Positions 1 to 10,098 of a stretch of DNA of 64,000 nt are shown here, in pieces (the stretch's first letter is position 1; every line of letters starts with the position of its first letter). The position numbers and the translations under genes were made by a program. The stretch covers positions 161,884,001-161,948,000 of the forward strand of contig NC_086097.1 of NCBI RefSeq assembly GCF_963921235.1. Direction: 5' to 3'. This DNA comes from Mobula hypostoma. Lineage: Eukaryota. The notes beneath the pieces were generated by a model that searched no databases, was not told where the DNA came from, and worked only from the letters and a program-made list of their open reading frames with translations.

Positions 1-1109
1 TCTGTACATTCGCGTCTGAATATTTGCAGCTTTTCCTTGTAGTTTGACACTCTGGTTCGGGTGGAGCGTCCTCGCCCCACTAACTGCCACGACTTCTGCC
101 GAATCCTCTCCAGTAGCGACTCCGGTTGGGTGATAACTTTAATGGGTAGTCCCCGGTCCGCCAGGTCCGACGTTGCCTCCTCCACCGTAGCGTAAGTTTT
201 TGTCCCTTCGTCGTAAAAGACTCTCAGCCGAGCTGGATACAGGGTCTGGAATCTGATGTTGTTTTCCTTCAGGACTCTCCGTGTTTCCGTATATTCCTTC
301 CGTCTGGCAAGAATCCCCGGTGCGTAGTCGTGGTCTAAACTGATTTTGCAGTTGTTCCACATGAAACCTTTCTTTTGCCATGCTCTTTTAAGCACCTCTT
401 CCTTCGTTCTGTAACTGAGAAATCTGATCAGAATCAATCTGGGCTGGGCGCCTGCCGGAGGCTATGGTGCCAACGCGCGGTGAGCCCTTTCTATCTGTAG
501 GTCTTTTGCGGCCGGCATATCAAGGTTCTCTCTAAGCAGCTTCTCCACGAAGGGAATCATCAATCCCGGTTTACCTTCGGTTCCTTCGGGAACTCCGTAA
601 ATCCTCACATGTTCCCTTCTCGAGCGGCCTTCTTGATCTATTAGTTTCCACTGGAGTTGGTCTTGTAGCTTCAGCATTTCTGCTATCACTTCCTCGGCGT
701 TTTGTAGCTTTTCTTCAATTCCAACAATCCTCGCTTCGGCTTCATCTATCCGCGAGTTAGTTTTTACTATTTCTCCTTTAATATCTTCCAGCTGTTTGCT
801 ATTATCTTGTCGGAACTCGCGAATCTCTCCGAGAATCAAAGACAGAGTCACTGATTCCCCCTCATTATCTCCGTCCTGGCTTGCCGTGGGGGAGCTCGGC
901 CCGTCGCCTTGCTGCGCCTCTTTACGTTTATCAACCTTCGAAGCGGACTTTTTATTCTTGTTCTTAGACATCATCCTTGCCCCTTTTATTAATATAGTTA
1001 TGCAATATTAAGTATTTGTCTAAATTCGATTTTGGGGCAGTTTACCTTCTTTTTTGTCGAGTGACCTTTTCCTTACGCCGCCATTCCCTTGATGACCCGG
1101 AAGTCCTCC
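1..1109 (-). mobile_element. L1 LINE 5' end (5'UTR + ORF1); continues beyond window start
   Basis: ORF1 974->1 with coiled coil and RRM motifs (DQEGRSRREHVRIYGVPEGTE, IERAHRA, ILIRFLSYRTKE, ISLDHDY, FQTLYPARLRV). One in-frame TAG at 462-464. 5' end reads GGAGGACTTCCGG...ATGGCGGCG. Confidence 0.9.
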
Positions 1110-1255
1110 GTCAGTGATTTTCATAAACCTTTTAATGTTTATTTTCTCAACATTGTCTTAGTGAAATTATCTTTTGAGCTGCTGACTTGATGGGTGAATA
1201 GAGATGTCAGAATAGTATCTAATTTCCTATGCAGTAAAAAGTCAGGATGAACTCA

Positions 1256-2271
1256 GGGTACGTCCACACTACGCCGGATAATTTTGAAAACAAAGCTTTT
1301 TCTCTTCGTTTTGCCCTCCTGTCCACACTGAGCCGGCGTTTTCAGCCCCTGAAAACGGAGATTTTCGAAAACACTCTCCAGAGTGAATAAATCTGAAAAC
1401 GCTAAATATCCGGCGTAGTGTGTACGGGGTAAACGGAGAGATTTAAAAAACGTTGTCATGACAACACCACAACAACAGTGCTTTTTTCTGCTTCTGCTTG
1501 GTACTGCGCAAGCTGTTATAATGCGCAGTCGGTGTGAACGGTGTGAGAGTTAAATTGTAAAGTGAGCTTTTTTGACTATTTAAAAACGCTGTCATGACGT
1601 GCCGGAACAGATGTTCGTTGTTTTCTTTCACGCCACCACCTAACAATTTCAGAACAGATGGACTAGACTGAAGCCGGAAGGGTTAGAAATGTACTCACCA
1701 AATACTTTGACCCATAGCTTACTGAATAAATAAGTATACTCACTTCGCCCTGTTTTCTGTCCTTGCTTGTATGAAGATGGTTCACCTATTTATGCAAGTA
1801 CTTCTCTGACAATAGATATGTAACAGCCTAATGTAACATTGTATGGAAATACAAGATAACGCTGATGCAGACATTTTATACATTTAACAAGGTGCTTTAT
1901 TAATGCAACAGAGTTAGTCAGTTTTTCAATGTTCGTCGTCAGCTGGGTCATACTGTCGGTGAACTTGCTGTCGATTGCCTCCATACGCTCCAGTATTTGT
2001 TTTTTTTTAAGTTTTAAGTCCTCCTGCGCGAGAGCCAAGAGCAATTCCTTTAAAGTTTTTCTACTCTGTAACTGGACAAATGCGCACTAAGTATACTGAT
2101 TCCTCTTCGCTTGTTTTCTGTGTGTCCTGCGCATGCCCAGTAGGAGGAGATTTGCCCAAATATCCATCTAATGTGGACAGAGATATTTTGAAAAACGCTT
2201 AGTGTGGATGCCTGTTGTTTTTACTCGAAACCGGCGTTTTCAAAATTATCCGGCATAGTGTGGACGTAGCC
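1256..2271. mobile_element. Non-autonomous PIF/Harbinger DNA transposon
   Basis: About 35-bp TIRs GG(G/C)TACGTCCACACTA(C/T)GCCGGATAATTTTGAAAAC, 3-bp TSD TCA (1253-1255, 2272-2274), subterminal GTCCACACT/GAAAAC repeats, coiled-coil ORF remnant 1790-2044 (-). Confidence 0.85.
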
Positions 2272-3213
2272 TCAATTGTGGGTCATTTTTTTCAAAGGGG
2301 GTTTAAAGATGATGTGTAGTAGATACTGCACATTACAACATTTTCGTTATTTGGATTACAAATAGCAAAATACTTTTGTTTCTGCTCCTTAATAATCATT
2401 TAATGTGAAACGTTTGCTTTTTTGATAAATGAATTAAAATATCATTCATTCCTCCTAGTCTGTTTATGGATGACCTGTGCTTCAACTTCATTTCTGAGCT
2501 GTTCCATATCCAATGATTCCTGTATCCAGCAAGTATTTACCTCTCTTAGACATTATCAGATTTTCAGGTTTTTATTAGCTTTGTATTTGAAATTGTGCTT
2601 TTTGATATAACTTCTCAGTAGTTAGCTCTAATTTAAGCATCTTTGCATCCAGACTTTACAACAATGTAATCACTTTCTCAAATTTACCTTGTTGAATTTT
2701 GAAGTTATCTTTATAAACTGAGCCACATTTGCTGTCACACCTTTACATTTAATCTCTGAAACTTCAAGTAGCATTTTGATACAAGTAATGGATTCTGCAT
2801 TCCAGAGGCACTATTTAAGCGTATTTAAACATGTTACTGGGTGCCTTTAACTGTGGGTGAATGTAAAAGACATTAAGAAAATGTTTAAGACTATTTATTT
2901 CAGATTAGCTCCATGCTGTGTTGTTTCTCGACTTCTGTGATCTGATGTGAGACACAAGGCATTTATCTGGACGGCCAGAAAGTATATACCATAAGGCTAC
3001 CTGTGTCTCTGAAAATGTAGCCCTTGACGTAATGAGTAGTGAGGAATTGCTTTTAATTTAGAATAGCATCATTACAGTGCAGTAGGGCAATTGCATTACC
3101 ATTGTGATTTTTTAAATGTAATTTATAAGTTATGTAAAGGTGAGGGAGGAAAACTCTACTTTTCCATCTTTAATTTCTGTACCCAGCAAAGGATTTATAA
3201 ATACTCCTTAGAG

Positions 3214-3283
3214 CAGGGGTTCCCAACTTTTGTATGCCATGGGCCCCCTATCATTAACTGAGAGGTCCGTGGATCCTAGGTTG
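3214..3283. mobile_element. Small hAT (Charlie/Buster-like) MITE remnant
   Basis: Starts CAGGGGTTCCCAAC and ends ...AGGTTG; preceded by nnnTAnnn octamer CCTTAGAG. Confidence 0.55.
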
Positions 3284-3574
3284 TGTCTAAAAGCGCATCC
3301 TTGGTTAGTACAAGTGCTATATGTGCTATATAGTAGCTTCTACTTGTTCTCTTTTGATAGTTTCACTTACTTTAGAAGGCAATTATGTCACCAAGTACGC
3401 TGGTGTCCATTTTTCGTACTGATGGCTCACCTTGAGGAAAAAATTGCTGGAAAATTCTTCCACAATGAAGATGTCCACAACATGACCATCAAATATACAT
3501 GGATTGTTTTCCATTGCTCTCGTGTTAGTGCTGATTCTACTCCAATGTGAACAGATTTTTAAAGAAACATGATA

Positions 3575-3906
3575 AAAGTTCAAAGTAAAATTTATTAACA
3601 AAGTGCATACATGTCAGCACATAAAACTCTTGAGATTCTTTTTTTGTGGGCATACTTAGTAAACCTATAGAACAGTAACTGTAAACATGATCAATGGCAG
3701 CAAACTGTGCACATCCAGATATAAATAAATAGCAATAAATAATGAGCATGAAATAACAAGGGTCCTTAAATGAGTGTAGTTTATCCCCTTTTGTTCAAGA
3801 GCCTGATGGTTGAGGTGTAGTAACTTGGACTCGAACTTGGAGGTGCGAGTCCTGAGGGACCCGTACCTCCTACGTGATGGCAGCAGCAAGAAAAGAGCAT
3901 GGCCTG
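3575..3906 (-). mobile_element. Rex1/Babar-type LINE 3' fragment
   Basis: GHALFLLLPSRRRYGSLRTRTSKFES C-terminal motif; (ACTTTGA)n-like tail; same family as 53385-54362. Confidence 0.75.
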
Positions 3907-6126
3907 TACAAAAAAAAATGCTGGTTTCAGCTGGAGTGCATGCACAGTCTGATACTGCATTATAGAAAAGTTGTGTCAGCACTGCAAAAATGTTTTATGT
4001 GAATTCTAATCATGGGGTGGGGAGGAGACTAGCCTTGTGGGGTATATTTTTGTTAGAACTGAGAGGATGACGAAGTAAAATGGAAGTGGTTCAGTGCACC
4101 AGTTGGACAGACCCTATTTACTGTGGGAGAAGAGGAAATACTCAGGTGCATAGATGTAAGGGTCTGAGGACTCGGAGTTGGATTTGCCCTTGTTTGATAT
4201 CCTTTGCTGTTATTAATATTCTTTGCCCTTGGATGCTAGCTATGAAGAATCTTCAGTGTAATCAAGATAACTAAGCAGTGGGATTTAAAAATTTTGTACA
4301 AAAACAAAGCAGAAAGTTTTAAATGAAGTCTTTTACAGCTTTGTCGAAACATTGCACAGAACACAAAATAAAGATTGGAAAATGTACTTTGATTGTGATT
4401 TTTAGCCTCAGCTTTAATCAATCAAAAATAATTAATAATGCACAATAAGGAGTTTGACTCCACGTGTATATAAAATATTTGAGGCCGGAGAGGTGATTCA
4501 CTGATTTGCCATTTAAAATATCATTTACACCTCCTTCAATCATATGTAGCATTTTGAGTAATTTTTCTCAAAATAATTTTAAATTAATTGAAAATCATGT
4601 CAATTTAGTAATGCTATACTGATTAGCTTTATAGCTACAACAGTGTCATTCATTTTAAATATGCAAATTCCAGAGATTGCTGTCCAATGATCTCCATTAT
4701 AACAGCTATGATGGATACCTAACTGTCTTTCTCTTCACAAATTGTAAACCACTGAGTGTGTTCCTTTAAGTGTAGTAGGCCTGTTAAGACACAAAGCTAA
4801 TTTTGTGTTTTCTGCCAAAGCACACTGAATATTTTACACTTTTGTAGTTTCCATTGTTGTATTTATTGGTATCATTCAATTGATTCTGATAACTCCTTTG
4901 GATGTTCCAAGTATTTTTCTGTTCATAACGTTACTCTGCATCATAGAATGTGTTGTGAGTTCCACACAGCCTTTTGTCTTGCTTAAAATGTTAATCCTCC
5001 CATGCATGCTTAACTCTTATTAACCTCAGTTTTATCTAGCGTGTACAGCTTTTGATAAGTGTTTAAATTTGTAGGTTTGCTGCCCTAATAGAACAAATTT
5101 TGGTTGATCTCATTCAGAGATGGCTTGTATCTTAATTTTAAAGTATTTCCCACTTCTGTATTTTTCCATCTCTATTCCAAAGCTATTCTGATATATTGTG
5201 GCATATTTTAAGTCATTTTAATTACAAATTGTTAATTTGTATTATTAAAGCTGTTAATAAGTATACAACATTTTAAAAAGCTATAGGTGTGCCTCATTGC
5301 CTCACCAGATAGCTTTACTTTTGGCAGAACATCTGGCACAAGGAGGATTGCTGCTTTAGGTCCACAGAAAGTGTTACTTGTCAGTAGTACTGCAGCTCAT
5401 GTAGGAGGGTATTCTTTTTAATTGGCTAGTGCAAGAACTTTTCCATTTATGAAAATTAGAAAAGGATTAATTAGATTTTCCTGGTGGTTCAATTTTTATT
5501 TGTCCTATTCCAGTTACAAATGAACCATTAAGATCAAGGTGACTTTACTCATCAAATTTTGCAGCAGATGATGATGTATTTGGCTTCAGCATCTCCTATC
5601 TGAGGAGAAAATGAGCCTTGGTTCTTTTGCCAGTCATGTCTGCTGAAATATTGGCCATATCCACAAATGTAAACTCTGTATTTATACATAAGGACCTTTG
5701 GTTATATTACATCTTGAGCCCTTGCATCATTTCCCAGTATTTTGAAATACTGAGTAGACTATTTAGTTTATACTCCATTTTAAATAAATTTCAGGCTGAT
5801 TCCATATCTTGGTCATTTTCCTGTTGATCTTCCAATTTTCTTGTTTTAAAAAAAAGCTAAATAAAGAATCAAGTTAAACCGTGTTTAATCATAAGATCAA
5901 ATAACATTGAAGTATATTGCAATAGGAAGAGAATTGAGGTTTGTAGGAGACATGCTTAAAGTTTCATAGTTAGTATATTAACTATATCAAGTTTGCTGAA
6001 CAAATTTGAAAGGCAAATGACTACACCTATTCTGAGCACCACTAACAAAACTCACATTTACTGTCTATTTCTAATTGTCCTTGAAATTTGAAACAAGTGG
6101 CTTATTCAGTCACTTAGAGGCCATTT

Positions 6127-7475
6127 TTTTTTTTGGAATTTATTTTTTATTGAAGTTCTTCATCAAACAAACATTTCTATAAGATGTATTTCAGATACTG
6201 TACATATATATCATATAGTCATATTTGTCACAAATTTCTACAAAATATTTATCTGAGGTATACACTTATAGAAAGGAGAGGAAAGAAAGAACAATCAAAA
6301 GAAGAAAACTATGTACAAAGTAGAGAGTGATCTTTCTTTTTTACAACATATTCATTGACTTGTGAGAATAAAATCAGGCCTATGAGGTGTTATGTAGTTA
6401 AACCATTTTTCCCAGTATGAATCAAATTGTTCCAATTTATGATTAACAGATGCTGTTATCTTCTCCATTTTGTAAATGTCCATTGTAATTTCCATCCATA
6501 CATTTAAAGTTGGGCTCTCCTGTGATAACCATTTCCTGGTAAGAGTCTTTTTACCAGCCACCAGCAATATATTCATTAAATATTTATCTCTTTTCAACCA
6601 TCCTTGAGGTACATGCCCAAAATATATGATCTTACTTTCTAAGGGTATTTCACACTTAAAGGTGTCTTGTAGGGCATTGTGTATCCCGCTCTAATAGTCT
6701 TTGATAATGGGGCATTCCCAGAAAATATGATAATGGTTTGCATTTTGATTTCCACAATTTCTCCAGCAAACAGGGAGGTTACTATCATAATGGGATTTCT
6801 GATAGGGTGTAATAAAATATCTTATCAAGTTTTTCTACCCGAACTCCCTCCATTTCTGAGAACTGGTACACTTCCATTGATACTTCCATATTATTGTCCA
6901 GTCTTCCTCAAATATTATTATCCCTTCTTCCTTCTCCCATTTTGTTTTAATGTATGAAGTCGAATGTGTTTTAAGATTTGACAAACCCTTATACACACTT
7001 GAAATGATTCTACTACCGTTGTCTGAATTATATGCTTTTCTAAATAGTTCTATCAAACATGTACTTGCCTTGGTTACATTTTTAATCGTCCTATTAACAT
7101 ACTATCGCATCTGTAAATACTGGTAAAAGTCTGTTTTTCTAATAAGTGTTCTTGTTTGAGCATTTCAAAACTGAGCAGTGTTCCTTCTTTCATTATGTTG
7201 CAAATAGCTGTTATTCCTTCAGCTGTCCAGTCCTTAAATCTAGCATCCAGTTTATTTGGCATAAAATCCAAGTCATATGCACACTATTTAAGAATTACAG
7301 TGTCTCTCTTTAGTTTATATTCTTTTATACAGTAATAGTTTTCCATATTTTAAGAGTCCATTTCACCCATGGGTTATCAATAGTATTTATATAACTTTGT
7401 AGATTGTTATCAGCCAAAATTGCCTGTATGGAGATGGAAAGTATCCTCTCCTCAATGTTTTTCCATTGAGCATTC
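6127..7475 (-). mobile_element. 5'-truncated L1 (ORF2 C-terminus, 3'UTR, polyA)
   Basis: CCHC zinc knuckle region (CWRNCG...NHYHIFWEC), MEKIT...WEKW end, AATAAA + polyA. 11-bp TSD AGAGGCCATTT (6116-6126, 7476-7486) at a TTT/AA endonuclease site. Confidence 0.92.
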
Positions 7476-9156
7476 AGAGGCCATTTAAGAGTTGAACACA
7501 TTGGTAGCTCTGGAGTCACATATTGAATAAAGATTTTCTTCCGGAAGGCCATTATCAACCAGATACGTTTTCACAACAGTCCAGTATTCATGTACTTATC
7601 ATTACTAAATAATTAGTTTTATTAAACTTCAGAATACCATCTGAATTTAAATTCCACAGAGAACTAGGCCTCTGAGTTGATAATTTAAATACATAGTACC
7701 CAATAGGTGCTTGATACGATTCATTAATCCTGACTGTCATTCCTCTAACGTTTTTTCCCACGGTGAGTTATGGAAAATATTGATCTTGAACTGAGGAGGC
7801 ATTTGAGAATCATTTGCATTGATGGCTGTTGATGAATGGAAAATGCTGTTTGAAATCCTGAGTATTTAGTATTAATATATATAAAAAAAAAGGAATGGTT
7901 CAATTTTGAAATAGTCTCATGAAGGCAATTTTTGGCAAAAAGCTGCATTTTAAGTAATTATTTTAAAAATCCACTATAATGTATAAATTGCTATAAAATA
8001 TCAGATTCTTAAACACAAGATTTCTTAAAATTCAACATTATTTGCTTTGTGGCTTGTCTAAAGCATATTATAGTTCCTAAAGCTGCTACTGTTAGTCAGT
8101 AACTGATCAGGAAAGTACAATGACAGAGTAATCTTTGCTTGCCTGTGCAACTGCAGTGGTTCAGTTTCAATCCCTTTTTGCCATTGATCACAGCACACAA
8201 TGTAGGTCAATTTCAAGTGAAAATCAACCCACACAACATTCTAAATGAGCAAAACATTTAATGACTATTTTCAGACTGCCTGCTAAAGCAGAATGCCCTG
8301 TGTGATTGTTAGCCTTTGTTTATTCAGAATAACGTTGTCTGGAAGGACCCTTGGCTCTTAAAACGTGATTACTGCATTACTTAAACTGTACATAATATTG
8401 TGTGAATAATGGTTGCACTGATTTATCTTGCCACATTTTATTCGCCTTGAAATGAAGTTTTAAATGACGAATTTAAATGGTTAAACAATGGACGTTTCAT
8501 AATTTTCTGTAATTTGTTTGAATAATTCCCTAGTAGAATGTAGTTAATGCCTTGGATTAAATGTTAGGAAAACATTTCCCTTGAATATAGCATTTCTGGA
8601 GGAAAATATTTTAGCAAAACTATTTAATAGGCCAGAATTTACTTCTAAAATGAACAGAGTAGAGCTTCAGAAGTGGATGAGAGAGAAGGTTGCTGTCCAT
8701 TTGACTTGTTCCACCTTATTTGAGCAGTAGTGTTCATGTCTGCCTCACTATTACAATGTCTGAGAGCTGCTGTATTTGTGCATTAGATAGTTATTGCAAA
8801 TCTAAGTTTGCTATCACTGTTAATCCAATGAATTTGTCTGCAATGCAGATCAATTAAAGATACTGTTCTGCAGCAACACCCTGTTACCATTAATGCTGCC
8901 GAATAAACAGTTACGTATAAACCAGAGCATTATGAACACACAATATGATCACAATGAAGGAACCGGTTTACTGTCAACGGAGAATTAAATTGAGTTACAC
9001 CACACAACATAGATTGATAAAATTACGGTTGAGAAGAGAAATGTAATTGAGAGGACGCAAACAGCAGGAATTCTGCAGATGCTGGAAATTCAAGCAACAC
9101 ACATCAAAGTTTCTGGTGAACACAGCAGGCCAGGCAGCATCCCTAGGAAGAGGTAC

Positions 9157-9192
9157 AGTCGACGTTTCAGGCCGAGACCCTTTGTCAGGACT
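9157..9192 (-). ncRNA. Minimal hammerhead ribozyme, core mutated (CUGACAA)
   Basis: AGUC-CUGACAA-AGGGUCUCGGCCU-GAAA-CGUC-GACU; G8->A, probably inactive. Confidence 0.7.
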
Positions 9193-10062
9193 AACCGAAG
9201 GAAGAGTTAGTAAGAGATTTGAAAGTGGGAGGGGGAGGGGGAGATCCAAAATGATAGGAGAAGACAGGAGGGGGAGGGATGGAGCCAAGAGCGGACAGGT
9301 GATTGGCAAAAGGGATATGAGAGGATCATGGGACAGGAGGTCTGGGGAGAAAGACAGGGGGGGGGACCCAGAGGATGGGCAAGGGGTATAGTCAGAGGGG
9401 CAGAGGGAGAAAAAGGAGAGTGAGAGAAAGAATGTGTATATAAAAATAAATAACGGATGGGGTACGAGGGGGAGGTGGGGCATTAGCGGAAGTTAGAGAA
9501 GTCGATGTTCATGCCATCAGGTTGGAGGCTACCCAGACGGAATATAAGGTGTTGTTCCTCCAACCTGAGTGTGGCTTCATCTTTACGGTAGAGGAGGCCG
9601 TGGATAGGCATGTCAGAATGGGTTACAGTAGAGGAGGCCGTGGTCTGTCCACGGCCTCCTCTACTGTAAAGATGAAGCCACACTCAGGTTGGAGGAACAA
9701 CACCTTATATTCCGTCTGGGTAGCCTCCAACCTGATGGCATGAACATCGACGACTCTAACTTCCGCTAATGCCCCACCTCCCCCTCGTACCCCATCCGTT
9801 ATTTATTTTTATACACACATTCTTTCTCTCACTCTCCTTTTTCTCCCTCTGTCCCTCTGACTATACCTCTTGCCCATCCTCTGGTCCCCCCCCCACTTGT
9901 CTTTCTCCCCAGACCTCCTGTCCCATGATCCTCTCATATCCCCTTTGCCAATCACCTGTCCAGCTCTTGGCTCCATCTCTCCCCCTCCTGTCTTCTCCTA
10001 TCATTTTGGATCTCCCCCTCCCCCTCCCACTTTCAAATCTCTTACTAACTCTTCCTTCAGTT

Positions 10063-10098
10063 AGTCCTGACGAAGGGTCTCGGCCTGAAACGTCGACT
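10063..10098 (+). ncRNA. Minimal type I hammerhead ribozyme (intact core)
   Basis: Stem I AGUC/GACU, CUGACGA, stem II AGG..CCU, GAAA, minimal palindromic helix III ACGU, GUC cleavage triplet (cut after 10094). Confidence 0.85.
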
